Shown here one piece after another: positions 1-9,210 of a stretch of 64,000 nt of DNA. The translations under genes and the position numbers were made by a program. Positions within the stretch are counted from its first letter, which is position 1; the number at the start of each line of letters is the position of its first letter. The notes under the pieces are model-generated. The model was not told the origin of the DNA, did no database searches, and saw only the letters and a program-made list of their open reading frames with translations. The stretch comes from Methylocella sp. (GTDB lineage Bacteria > Pseudomonadota > Alphaproteobacteria > Rhizobiales > Beijerinckiaceae), in NCBI GenBank assembly GCA_035687205.1, contig DASRYK010000074.1, positions 728-64,727 on the forward strand, written 5' to 3'.

Positions 1-2
1 CA

Positions 3-734
3 GGCTATGCCATCGGCGTGCTTTCGTCCTCTACACAGGAGGAGGCGCCAGCCCGGCTCGGCGCCTGGCTGAGGCAGCGGCGGCGCTGGTCGAAGGGATG
101 GATGCAAACTCTGCTCACCTTGACCCGCACTCCCCGGCGCCTTGCGGGGGAGCTCGGCTCCGCCAGCACCGTGGCTACCGGCCTGATGCTGACGAGCCTC
201 GTGGCTGCTCCTCTGCTCTGGCCTTTCTTCACCGCGCTCCTTCTCTACGATCTTCGCTCAGGCCTGCCCGCGCCTGGCGGCTGGCTTGCGCTCACGATCG
301 CTGTGCTTTGGCTGTCGACGCTGCTGTTCGGCGCGGCTTCGATCGCCTGGCTCGCATTGCTTGGCATGCAGCGGCGAAAATTAACTTCTCTCTGGCCCTG
401 GCTGCCTCTTCTACCCGTTTATTATCTTCTGACATCCGCCGCCTCATGGCTTGCGCTTTACGATCTCAATGTGCGGCCATTCCATTGGCATAAGACCGAG
501 CATGGGCTTGCACGGACATCGCGGCAAGAGGCCCGCGCGGCCTTGGCCCGTGAGGATTTGGCGGGCGGCCACCCGGAGAAACCGGAATTCCGGCGCTGGC
601 TCGCATCCGGAGCTGCAAGCGCGGCGAAACTTGGCCGCGAAGCGCGGCGCCATCTCCTCCTTTTTCTGATGATCGCAAGGCGGCGTCACTTCAAAGCGGC
701 TGGTCAGCGCAGGAAAAGCCGCAGAAGCCCTTGA
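3..734 (+). CDS. GT2-family glycosyltransferase, C-terminal part (5' end outside the window)
   Basis: Frame is open from the window edge. Contains EEAP...WLRQRRRWSKGWMQT (QxxRW motif), several TM segments and the C-terminal PFHWHKTEHGL signature. Confidence 0.85.
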   Translation, partial: GYAIGVLSSSTQEEAPARLGAWLRQRRRWSKGWMQTLLTLTRTPRRLAGELGSASTVATGLMLTSLVAAPLLWPFFTALLLYDLRSGLPAPGGWLALTIAVLWLSTLLFGAASIAWLALLGMQRRKLTSLWPWLPLLPVYYLLTSAASWLALYDLNVRPFHWHKTEHGLARTSRQEARAALAREDLAGGHPEKPEFRRWLASGAASAAKLGREARRHLLLFLMIARRRHFKAAGQRRKSRRSP

Positions 735-888
735 ACGTTCGCAGCTGCTCCCCGTTGCCGCGCATTATTTTTGTGACCGCCAGCGAAGCCGTCTGGCAAT
801 CAACGATTTCGGCGGTGCAGCGCGCTCAATTGCCACAATCCTATGTGCAAAAGAGAGAACTACCTTAAGCCAAAAGGAGGCCGGGATC

Positions 889-1170
889 ATGTCGTCACCA
901 TGGCCGGGCGCCCTGCTTGGCGCTCTCGCTGGCGCTGTGGCGGGGGCAGCGGGCGCCGCGCTTTTCGGCCCGCAGATCATGCGCCATGCGCGCCCCGCCG
1001 CCAAGGCGGCCCTGAAGGCCGCGCTCATTGCCGCCCACGAAGCAAGGGTTCGCGGAGCTGAATTTGTCGAAGCGGCCGAGGATCTCTATGCCGAGGCAAA
1101 AGCCGAGGTTGCGGCGGAAACGGCGGCTCAGGCCGCAGAGAGCGGAGAAACCTCCCCAGCCGCGCCCTGA
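889..1170 (+). CDS. DUF5132-like small membrane-associated protein
   Basis: AAGGAGG RBS upstream. Gly/Ala-rich hydrophobic N-terminus, then RPAAKAALKAA...EDLYAEAKAEV helix typical of DUF5132 (recognised by eye). Confidence 0.7.
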   Translation: MSSPWPGALLGALAGAVAGAAGAALFGPQIMRHARPAAKAALKAALIAAHEARVRGAEFVEAAEDLYAEAKAEVAAETAAQAAESGETSPAAP

Positions 1171-1197
1171 CCTTCCCTTTTCTAAAGCAGGTTTCCG

Positions 1198-1662
1198 ATG
1201 GATGCGCCCATGAATAATGCGCTGCCCATGGCCGAGACCGCCCATGTGATTCCCGGCCGGACGCGCTTGCGCATAGCCGCGCAGCGCGGCAATGCAGCAT
1301 TTTTCGAGTCGGCCGCAGCCATTCTAAGAGCCATCCCGGGCGTGTCCAAAGCCGAAGGCCGGCCTTTGACCGGCAGCCTCGTGATTCACCACGATGCTCC
1401 CCTCTCCCTCATAGTCGCGGCCGCGCTTGAAAAGCGGCTTTTCGCTGTTGCGGAAAAAAACCCTGCCCCGGCACCCGAATGGCCTGAGCTTCCGCTTGAC
1501 TTGCGCAGCGCGGCCCGAATTGCCTTGGGCCTTTTGGCTTTTTGGCAGTTCATTGAGGGCCGCGTTCTGCCGCCCGCTTTGACCCTCGCGTGGTATGCCG
1601 CACGGCTTGCCCCTTTGCCGGCAGAGACGGATGAAGGGGATGCAGGGAACGGCAGCGATTGA
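1198..1662 (+). CDS. HMA2-like domain protein with C-terminal hydrophobic segment
   Basis: HVIPGRTRLR...GVSKAEGRPLTGSLVIHH matches the HMA2 pattern (PGRxR ... xxTGSxxx). C-terminal LGLLAFWQ...LPPALTLAWYA. Confidence 0.75.
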   Translation: MDAPMNNALPMAETAHVIPGRTRLRIAAQRGNAAFFESAAAILRAIPGVSKAEGRPLTGSLVIHHDAPLSLIVAAALEKRLFAVAEKNPAPAPEWPELPLDLRSAARIALGLLAFWQFIEGRVLPPALTLAWYAARLAPLPAETDEGDAGNGSD

Positions 1663-1705
1663 GTCTCCCGGAGAAGGGAGCAGCGCGGCGCAGACGCCGC
1701 TGTTT

Positions 1706-1747
1706 AATCTTACCAAAATGTTTCACGTGAAACATTTTGGTAAGATT
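1706..1747. repeat. 42-bp perfect palindrome centred on parS
   Basis: AATCTTACCAAAATGTTTCAC followed by GTGAAACATTTTGGTAAGATT: 21-bp arms, no spacer, no mismatch. Confidence 0.97.
1719..1734. promoter_or_regulatory. parS centromere-like site (ParB binding)
   Basis: Exact TGTTTCACGTGAAACA consensus in intergenic DNA, in a window that also contains the probable oriC. Confidence 0.85.
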
Positions 1748-1880
1748 GGCGCCTGGGGGGCAAAATCCTTCCGGCCGCGCCTCCGCAAGCGGTCATGCGT
1801 CCGCGCGGAGCGCTGATCTCCGGGCAATGCGGGATGGGCTCAGATTCTGATCCTTCCCCTGCGGTTTTTGAGCTGGAGCC

Positions 1881-2609
1881 ATGACCTCAGACACCAAGAC
1901 CGCTGCCAGCGCTTTCCGTTTGGTATTCTTGGCTCACTCTCATTCCGGGCGTGCTTGCGGTTCTTGCGTTTTTGGTGCTCGTCCGCGACCCGGAGCAGTC
2001 GCCGAATCCGGCGATGAACTTCCTTTCAGCGCTGCGCGATCTGCCCGCCTGCTTTAAGCGTTACCTTGCAGCCGCCGGCATCTTTGGAACCGGTGACTTC
2101 TCGCACAGCCTCCTCATTCTCACAGCCACCCAGCTGCTGACGCCATCCTTGGGCCTCGTCGAGGCGTCCCAAGCCGCGGCCTTCTCTATGTCTTCCGCAA
2201 TATCGTCCAGGCCGCCGCGCCCTATCCAGCCGGTGCTGTGGCGGACCGCTACGGCCAGAGAAACATCCTTGCCGCTGGTTATGCGCTGGGCGTGCTCGCT
2301 GCAACACTGACCGCCCTCGCTTTCGCATCTGGCGCTGGCAGCCTTGCTCTGCTGGCACCCGTCTTCTTCGTTGCAGGCCTCTGCGCTGCGGTTCAAGAGG
2401 CTCTTGAGTCAACCGTGACTGCCGAGATGGTCAGCCCCAGCATGCTTGCGATGAGCTATGGAGCGCTTGGCACCGTGAATGGCGCAACAAAATTTGTTTC
2501 GAGCACGGCCGTCGGCCTCCTCTGGTCCGCAATGTCACCAGCATTCAGCTTTGCCGCTGCGGCAATCCTGATGGCGGCGGGCACCATTGCGCTCATCCGT
2601 CTGCGTTAG
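1881..2609 (+). pseudogene. MFS transporter remnant (C-terminal half, two frameshifts)
   Basis: FRLVF / WLTLIPGVLAVL frame change near 1929. EASQAA / GLLYVFRNIVQ...GAVADRYGQRNIL frame change near 2177. N-terminal MFS half is absent. Confidence 0.8.
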
Positions 2610-2708
2610 AAAGGGGACGCCACCCAAATTCCCGTTGGAGCGAAAGTGCCGCTCTGCCCCGGCTCGGGGGCCCTGATCGCGGGAATCCCAAGGTAAAAGA
2701 GCGCCGGC

Positions 2709-3677
2709 TCATGAATGTCGGCGCTCAAGCGCCGCAAAAAGCGCATCGTCCTTGTCCACGGCCACATTGGGCGTGGTCAGCAATGCCTCCCCGTAAAAGA
2801 TCGAGTTCGCGCCTGCGACCAAGCAGAGAATTTGCGCCTCACGGCTGAGATGAGACCGGCCCGCCGAGAGACGCACCCGTGCGGCAGGAAGCACGATTCG
2901 CGCCGCCGCGATCATCCGCACGAAGTCGAGAGGATCAATGGGCTCTTGCTCCCCGAGCGGCGTTCCCTCGACGGGGACGAGCGCATTGATGGGCACGCTT
3001 TCTGGATGGGGATCGAAGGAAGCAAGCACTTGAAGCATCGAGGCGCGGTCTCTCACGCTCTCTCCCATGCCGATGATTCCGCCGCAGCACATTTGCAGCC
3101 CGGCCTCGCGGACGGCGCGAAGAGTCGCGAGCCGGTCATCGTAGCTTCGCGTCGTGATTATTTTTGCGTAGAATTCGGGGCTCGTGTCGATATTGTGGTT
3201 GTAGGCGGTGAGCCCCGCTTCCTTCAGCCGCTTCGCTTGGGCCGCGTTCAGCATGCCCAGGGTCGCGCAGGCTTCCAAGCCCGTCTCGCGCACGCCACGG
3301 ATCATGTCGAGGACGCGGTCGAAAGCTTCGCCGTCCCGCACGCTCCGCCAAGCCGCGCCCATGCAGAAACGGTCGGCGCCTGCCGCCTTGGCGCGGCAGG
3401 CTGCAGCCAGAACGGCCTCTGTCTCCATCATCTCGATCTTGCCGAGATGCACCTCGCGGTGATGCGCCGACTGGGGGCAGTAGGCGCAGTCTTCCGGGCA
3501 GCCGCCTGTCTTGATGCTGAGAAGAGACGCTTTTTGCACATCGCTCACTTCATGGAACTGCTGGTGAATGCGGTTCGCCTCGGCGATGAGATCGAGCAAA
3601 GGCAGCCAGAAGAGAGCGGCGATTTCGTCTGTGCTCCAGTCGTGCCGGATGAGCGGGCGCGCTTTTGGCTGTTTCAT
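2709..3677 (-). CDS. bioB: Biotin synthase
   Basis: [17 protein letters not shown] radical SAM motif, [28 protein letters not shown]. Confidence 0.97.
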   Translation of the reverse strand: MKQPKARPLIRHDWSTDEIAALFWLPLLDLIAEANRIHQQFHEVSDVQKASLLSIKTGGCPEDCAYCPQSAHHREVHLGKIEMMETEAVLAAACRAKAAGADRFCMGAAWRSVRDGEAFDRVLDMIRGVRETGLEACATLGMLNAAQAKRLKEAGLTAYNHNIDTSPEFYAKIITTRSYDDRLATLRAVREAGLQMCCGGIIGMGESVRDRASMLQVLASFDPHPESVPINALVPVEGTPLGEQEPIDPLDFVRMIAAARIVLPAARVRLSAGRSHLSREAQILCLVAGANSIFYGEALLTTPNVAVDKDDALFAALERRHS

Positions 3678-3770
3678 GCGGAGCCCTTTCGGCGCAAATC
3701 GGGGAGCGATTCATGGACCGGGCGGGAGCATTTTGCAACCGCAGGGATTCCGGAAAAGCCGTTCCAGAGG

Positions 3771-4991
3771 TCAGCCTTTCGTTAAGGTCCATTGCACGAT
3801 CGGCCGGGCGGGCGACCAGGCTTGAAATGTGCCAAGGGCATCGGCCCGCGAAATTGCGATCCGTGTCAGCTCGCCGCCCTGCGCGTTAAACCGGCGCATG
3901 AGTTCAGCCTCGGTTTCAAGCGTCACCGCATTGACGACGAGCCTACCGCCGGGCGCAAGCGCGGCAAGGGCCGCGTCGATGAGACCCGCATCGCTTGCGC
4001 CGCCGCCAATGAAGACGGCTTGAGGCTGAGGCAGGCCCGAGAGCGCCTCTGGCGCCCGGCCGGTGACAACTTCGATCTGCGGGACGCCGAGCCGGTCTGC
4101 ATTGCGGGCAATGAGACGCGCCCTGTCTTGCCGCATCTCGATCGCTATGGCGCGGTTGGCGGGGCTTCTCAGCAGCCACTCAATCGAGATCGACCCAGAA
4201 CCCGCGCCAATATCCCATAAGAGCTCGCCGCGCCGCGGGGCGAGCGACGAAATGGTGATCGCCCGCACCTCCCGCTTGGTGAGCTGCCCATCCGTCTCGA
4301 ACCAAAAATCCGGAAGCCCGCTCGCCCAAGGCAGCGTGCGTGATTGCGCCCCTGCGGCAATTTCGAGCGCAACGAGATTGAGAGGATCGATACCCGCAAG
4401 CGCAAAAGAGGAAGCCCGCGCCTCTCGCACGCGCTCCCGCGGCCCGCCCATGGCTTCGAGCACCACGATCCGGGAATCCTCAAGCTTCATCTCGCAAAGG
4501 AGCCTTGCAAGGCGCGCAGGCGTCGCCCCATCGCAGGAAAGGCACAGAATTCTTGCCGCAGGCTGGAGAAAGGGAATGATCTGCGCGAGATCGCGGCCGT
4601 GGACCGAGACGAGGCAGCAATCCTGAAGGCTCCACTTGAGCCTGGCCGCCGCGAGGCTGAAAGCGGAAGGGGCCGGGAAGCACTCCATTTCCTCCGGCGC
4701 GACATGAGCGCTGAGCAGGCTTCCCACGCCATAGAAAAAGGGATCGCCCGACGCGAGGATGCAAACCGGAAATCCGCGGTAGGCAAGAATGGCGGGGATG
4801 GCATCGGTCAAAGGCGAAGGCCAGCTCAGCATCTTGGCGGCAAGCGGGCCTGCAAGCTTAAGGTGGCGCTTGCCGCCAACAACAAGCCAGGCTTGCATCA
4901 GCCTCGCCCGCGCGGCAGGAGAAAGCGCGGCGGCGCCCTCCTCGCCAATACCGATGAGCGTCAGCCATTTCCCCGGTGTTTCCCTTGTCAT
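3771..4991 (-). CDS. cobL: Precorrin-6B C5,15-methyltransferase (CbiE/CbiT fusion)
   Basis: LIGIGEEG, LASGDPFFYGVG, GQLTKREVR, LWDIGAGSGSI, GGRLVVNAVTLET. Confidence 0.95.
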   Translation of the reverse strand: MTRETPGKWLTLIGIGEEGAAALSPAARARLMQAWLVVGGKRHLKLAGPLAAKMLSWPSPLTDAIPAILAYRGFPVCILASGDPFFYGVGSLLSAHVAPEEMECFPAPSAFSLAAARLKWSLQDCCLVSVHGRDLAQIIPFLQPAARILCLSCDGATPARLARLLCEMKLEDSRIVVLEAMGGPRERVREARASSFALAGIDPLNLVALEIAAGAQSRTLPWASGLPDFWFETDGQLTKREVRAITISSLAPRRGELLWDIGAGSGSISIEWLLRSPANRAIAIEMRQDRARLIARNADRLGVPQIEVVTGRAPEALSGLPQPQAVFIGGGASDAGLIDAALAALAPGGRLVVNAVTLETEAELMRRFNAQGGELTRIAISRADALGTFQAWSPARPIVQWTLTKG

Positions 4992-5023
4992 CGCGGCAGA
5001 TGCATGTTTTTCGGGCGGAAGCC

Positions 5024-5785
5024 ATGCGGGTTCTGATTCTTGGCGGGACGTCGGAAGCCAGCAAGCTTGCGGAACTCCTTGCCGCAGAGACCGGCATCAT
5101 GGCCGTTTTGTCTTATGCTGGCCGCACCACCGCCTTGCGTGCGCCGCCCATCCCCTATCGCACCGGAGGCTTTGGCGGCATCGAGGGGCTTGAGCATTAT
5201 CTGCGCTCCGGAAGAATCGATGTGCTTGTCGATGCCACGCATCCTTTTGCAGAACAAATTTCGCGCCATGCGCAAGCCGCTGCAGCGAGGGCGGGCATCC
5301 CCCTTGTTGTCCTGTCGCGCCCGCCCTGGGTGCCAGAGGCAGGGGACCGCTGGATCGAAGCTTCCACCATGGCGGAAGCAGCGCGCGCGCTCGGCGAGGC
5401 GCCGAAGCGGGTTTTTTTGACGATCGGGCGGCTGCAGATTTCTGCTTTTGCCGCGGCGCCGCAGCATTATTATCTGATCCGGACCATTGAGCCGCCAGGG
5501 CCGTTGCAGGACCTGCCGCGCGCCAAGGTCATCCAGGGCCGGGGCCCCTTCGAGGCCTCTGCGGAAGCGGAGATCCTGCGCGCTGAATCGATTGATGTGA
5601 TTGTGACCAAGAACAGCGGAGGAGAGGCGGCTTATGCCAAGATTCTCGCCGCCCGGCAGCTCGGCTTGCCGGTCATCATGGTCGCAAGGCCGCAAGAGGC
5701 TGCGGCTGCCGCCTTCCATGATCCCGCGGATGTCTTGGATTTCCTCTGCCGTCATAAAACGGCCTTGGCGCCGCGCGGCGTATAA
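5024..5785 (+). CDS. cobK: Precorrin-6A reductase
   Basis: MRVLILGGTSEA, GGFGGIEGL, VDATHPFAEQIS, VTKNSGG. Start moved to ATG 5024. Confidence 0.95.
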   Translation: MRVLILGGTSEASKLAELLAAETGIMAVLSYAGRTTALRAPPIPYRTGGFGGIEGLEHYLRSGRIDVLVDATHPFAEQISRHAQAAAARAGIPLVVLSRPPWVPEAGDRWIEASTMAEAARALGEAPKRVFLTIGRLQISAFAAAPQHYYLIRTIEPPGPLQDLPRAKVIQGRGPFEASAEAEILRAESIDVIVTKNSGGEAAYAKILAARQLGLPVIMVARPQEAAAAAFHDPADVLDFLCRHKTALAPRGV

Positions 5786-6516
5786 ACAAAAGGCGGGCCG
5801 TTTTCGCGGGGAATGATCCGTGTCTCGCTCGAGCCGATGATGATCAGCGTGCTCATATCGGCCCGGGAGGGATCGGCGGCCCCCAAAACCGTCACAGACA
5901 CGTCTTCGTCCGCTCGGCCGAGCGCGCGGGCAAAAACCACCGGGGTCGCAGCGTCTTTCATGCTGCGCAGCAATGCGAAGGCGTCGCAGATCCGGCCCGG
6001 CCGCGCCTCGGAAGCAGGATTGTAGAGCGCGATCACGAAATCGGCGGCGGATGCAGCCGCAAGCCTCCTTTCGATGACTCCCCATGGCTTGAGATTATCC
6101 GACAAGGAAATTGCGCAGAAATCATGCCCCAAAGGCGCGCCCGCTCTCGCCGCTGCCGCCTGCATTGCCGTAATCCCGGGGCTCACCGCAACGTCAATAC
6201 TGCGCCAGCGCGGCTCGCCAGCGATGGCTTCGAAAACTGCCGCGGCCATGGCAAAGACGCCAGGGTCGCCGCCCGAGACGAGGACAGCGCGGCGGCCGCT
6301 CTCCGCAAGATGCAACGCGTGCCGCGCACGGGCGAGCTCTTGCCCATTGCCGGTCGCGTGGCGCGCTTGGCCTTCTGCGGGAGGAATTCTTTCAAGATAG
6401 GAGGAGTAGCCGACCAGGTCCGTTGCTCCAGCAATGAGCTCGGCGGCCTCGGGCGTCATCCATTGGGCCCCCCCAGGGCCAAGACCAACGATCCGCAGGG
6501 ATCCGCGCGTGCTCAA
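5752..6516 (-). CDS. cobJ: Precorrin-3B C17-methyltransferase
   Basis: VGLGPG, VSGGDPGVFAMA, PGITAMQAAAARAGAPLGHDFCAISLSDNLKPW, LYNPAS, YTPRG. Confidence 0.95.
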   Translation of the reverse strand: MSTRGSLRIVGLGPGGAQWMTPEAAELIAGATDLVGYSSYLERIPPAEGQARHATGNGQELARARHALHLAESGRRAVLVSGGDPGVFAMAAAVFEAIAGEPRWRSIDVAVSPGITAMQAAAARAGAPLGHDFCAISLSDNLKPWGVIERRLAAASAADFVIALYNPASEARPGRICDAFALLRSMKDAATPVVFARALGRADEDVSVTVLGAADPSRADMSTLIIIGSSETRIIPRENGPPFVYTPRGAKAVL

Positions 6517-7256
6517 GGGCGCCTTCCCCGGCCGGGGATGAGGATCGACGAAAAATAAGGGGCATGGCCATCGGTCTTGGCGGCAAGAGGAATAACCGCC
6601 TCTGCTTCTGCCGTGCCATGCTCGACATAGACCGCCTGGGCGAGGCGGCCTGATTCGGCGATCGCATCGCGAATCTTAGCAAGATTGCTGCCTATCTTGA
6701 TGATCACCAAGGCGTCGCTGCGTGCGAGATGGCTGAGGAGCGCTGCCCGTTCAAGCGTGCCAGGCAGGACGCTCAAGACATCATCGCCCCAGGCGATGGG
6801 CGCTTGGGCGGCGCTCCAGCAGCCAGACATCCCCGTAACCCCTGGGATAATCTCCACATCGAAACGGCCTTTAACCCGCAGGAAAATATGGATGAAGGAG
6901 CCGTAGAACAGGGGATCGCCTTCGCAGACAAGAGCGACGTCCCTGCCTTCCGAAAGATGCGCAGTGAGCGCATTTTCAGACTGAGCATAAAAGCGGTCGA
7001 GAGCCTCTGCATAGGCGGGGCCGCTGAAAGGCTCCTCCGTGGTCAAAGGAAAATGCAAGGGCAGGAGGCAGCACGCAGCCCCCGCCCAGCGCTCGAGGAT
7101 CGGATGAGCCCGGCCGCAAGCGCCTTTCTTCGCGAAATAAGCAGCAACGGGGACTGCGGCGAGAAGCTTCGCGGCCTTCACCGTCACGAGGCCGGGATCG
7201 CCTGGGCCGAGGCCAACGCCGAAGAGACGGCCCTTTGATGGCGGTTGGCTGCTCAT
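6513..7256 (-). CDS. cobI: Precorrin-2 C20-methyltransferase
   Basis: GVGLGPGDPGLVTVKA, CEGDPLFYGSF, IPGVTGM, APYFS. Overlaps the cobJ start. Confidence 0.95.
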   Translation of the reverse strand: MSSQPPSKGRLFGVGLGPGDPGLVTVKAAKLLAAVPVAAYFAKKGACGRAHPILERWAGAACCLLPLHFPLTTEEPFSGPAYAEALDRFYAQSENALTAHLSEGRDVALVCEGDPLFYGSFIHIFLRVKGRFDVEIIPGVTGMSGCWSAAQAPIAWGDDVLSVLPGTLERAALLSHLARSDALVIIKIGSNLAKIRDAIAESGRLAQAVYVEHGTAEAEAVIPLAAKTDGHAPYFSSILIPGRGRRP

Positions 7257-7900
7257 AGGGCCTCGCTGGCGATTGCATTTAAGGCCGCTGCGGCGACTGC
7301 GCTTCCGCCCCTGCGCCCGCGGAGTGTTATGAAAGGCACAGGGGAGCCAGCAATCAAAGCGTCTTTCGATTCGGCGGCGCCAACAAAGCCGACGGGCATT
7401 CCCACGATGCAGGCGGGCCTTTCCTCCGTGCCGGGCAGCATCTCCAGCAAATGGAACAATGCGGTTGGCGCATTGCCGATCACGGCAATGGCGCCGTCAA
7501 GCTTGCCGCGCCAGAGCTCAACGGCGGCTGCGCTGCGGGTCGTGCCAAGATCTTGCGCAAGCGTTGCGGCTGCCGGATCGCCGAGAGTGCAAAGGACTTC
7601 GTTTCCGCGCGGCAGCCGCGCGGCGATTATGCCGCTTGCCAGCATTCTCGAATCACAGAGAACCGGCGCCCCTTGCCGGAGAGCTTGGCGCGCCCGCTCG
7701 ACGGCCCCTTTTGAAAAAACGATGTCGGGCGCAATATCCACCATCCCGCAGGCATGGATCATGCGCACGGCGACATGCTCTTCGTCCGGCGCAAAACGCG
7801 AAAGCTCGGCTTCGCTGCGGATCGTTGCAAAGGAGCGGCGGTAGATTTCCGCGCCGGCGCGCAGGTAATTGTAGCGGCGCAAAGCCGGGCTTTGGATCAT
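7253..7900 (-). CDS. cobH: Precorrin-8X methylmutase
   Basis: EIYRRSFATI, RMIHACG, TTRSAAAV, IGNAPTALF, GMPVGFVGAAESK, GRRGGS. Start set at ATG 7900 (ATGA overlap with the cobG stop). Confidence 0.93.
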   Translation of the reverse strand: MIQSPALRRYNYLRAGAEIYRRSFATIRSEAELSRFAPDEEHVAVRMIHACGMVDIAPDIVFSKGAVERARQALRQGAPVLCDSRMLASGIIAARLPRGNEVLCTLGDPAAATLAQDLGTTRSAAAVELWRGKLDGAIAVIGNAPTALFHLLEMLPGTEERPACIVGMPVGFVGAAESKDALIAGSPVPFITLRGRRGGSAVAAAALNAIASEAL

Positions 7901-9210
7901 GACGGAGCCGGCTTGCCCCGCCGTCCAGCGCGGCGCGCGATTTCTTCGAGTTTCTCCCGCACTGCCGCCAGAGTGAGCCCGGCAGCATTGCCAATATCTT
8001 GACCGAGCCTCTTTGGATTTGCTGCCAGATCGTAAAGCCCCGCCCGCGCGACGAGCATCAAAGGAGCATCCGGCTTCCGGCCGCAGGACTTTTCGCAGCC
8101 CGACACATGGAGCGGGATCCCGATGCTCCAGAGCTGCTCCACGGCTGGCTGCAAAGCCAACGCATCGGCATGGGTGTTGGTCGTGCCTGATTCGCAAGCG
8201 CCTGAGCCGCCGCAGGCCGAGATCGCGGCTCGCGCGTCGCTGCAATCGGTGATGAAGCCCTGGGCGCAAAGCTCTTCCTCAAGGGATTTGGCATGGCCTT
8301 CCTGCACATGAGGAAAGAGCAGCGCGCGCCAGGGCGTGAGCCTAATCTCGCCGGAAGCGAACTTCGCGGCAGCGCAGGCGGCAGCCTCAAGCATGCGGGT
8401 ATCGAGACGCCCGAGCGTGGCTCCGGCCCCAAAGCAGGCGGTGCCATTGACACGGAAAAGCCCAATGGGACAGGGCTCTTTGGCGAGACCTGCTGCGCGC
8501 GGCTTATGAAGGTGAAGCCTCGCCCGCGCCGCAACGGCCCCCGCCCCGAGCCGCTCGACAAGGCTGCGCATTCTTCGCGGCGGGTCTTTCAGTTGCGATG
8601 CAAGGCTCAGAAATGCCCAAGCAAGCCGCCGCGCCACAAACGGGATCTGGCGCGGCGGGCAATGTCCCAGGAAACTGGCATCATCCGCGCAGCCGCCAAT
8701 GCCTATGGCGAACGACTGGCTCTCCTCATCCCAGTCGAAACGCACATCGGCGCTGATGCGCGCAAGCGAAAGCGCGCTTCCGCCGTCAATAAGAAAGCAG
8801 AACTTCGCTGGCAAGGCGTGAAGGCCGCTTGAGCCTGAGAGCAGGGCCTCGAGATCCTTGGCCGCAGCTAGCGCATCTTCCCGTCCGTCGAGACCGGCTA
8901 ACGGGTCAACAAGGACGTTGCGGACGGACTCTGCTGCGGCGGAGGGATCCATCATCCCAAGGCGGGCGATCACTTCCGTAAGGCGGGGAAGAGCGTCTCT
9001 GTGAAGGCCGCGGATTTGCAGATTGGCGCGGCTTGTGAGGTCGAAGAGCCCGTTGCCGAAGGTGCGCCCGGCCGTGGCGATCTCGCGCAGAGCGGAGGAG
9101 GAAATGCTGCTTCCGCTGATCTTCAGCCGAACAAGCAGCCCGTCTTTCGCGGGCATGGGCCGGAGAACACCAGGGCACCAGCCTTTAAGGGCATAGGCTT
9201 TTCCGGTCAT
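7897..9210 (-). CDS. cobG: Precorrin-3B synthase
   Basis: KGWCPGVLRPMPAKDGLLVR, DLTSRANLQIRG, LPAKF, LTPWR, CGGSGACESG, HVSGCEKSCG. Start ATG 9210 overlaps the cobN stop. Confidence 0.92.
   Translation of the reverse strand: MTGKAYALKGWCPGVLRPMPAKDGLLVRLKISGSSISSSALREIATAGRTFGNGLFDLTSRANLQIRGLHRDALPRLTEVIARLGMMDPSAAAESVRNVLVDPLAGLDGREDALAAAKDLEALLSGSSGLHALPAKFCFLIDGGSALSLARISADVRFDWDEESQSFAIGIGGCADDASFLGHCPPRQIPFVARRLAWAFLSLASQLKDPPRRMRSLVERLGAGAVAARARLHLHKPRAAGLAKEPCPIGLFRVNGTACFGAGATLGRLDTRMLEAAACAAAKFASGEIRLTPWRALLFPHVQEGHAKSLEEELCAQGFITDCSDARAAISACGGSGACESGTTNTHADALALQPAVEQLWSIGIPLHVSGCEKSCGRKPDAPLMLVARAGLYDLAANPKRLGQDIGNAAGLTLAAVREKLEEIARRAGRRGKPAPS

Noticed and set aside
1929-2180. Programmed frameshifting in the MFS gene
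   Set aside because: Two independent shifts, no slippery heptamer, and half the transporter is missing.
2715-3785. 356-aa plus-strand ORF (and similar long ORFs at 9789-10853, 36448-37350, 30363-31304, 57774-58901)
   Set aside because: Antisense shadows of well-supported genes (bioB, cobN, trpB, metK-like, GT4) in high-GC DNA, with no recognisable motifs.
7253-8269. Long N-terminal extensions in the ORF track for cobH (and likewise trpF, lapA, typA, GT4-B, YheT)
   Set aside because: The extensions overlap neighbouring genes or lack homology-like sequence. Downstream starts with ATGA coupling or an RBS fit better.
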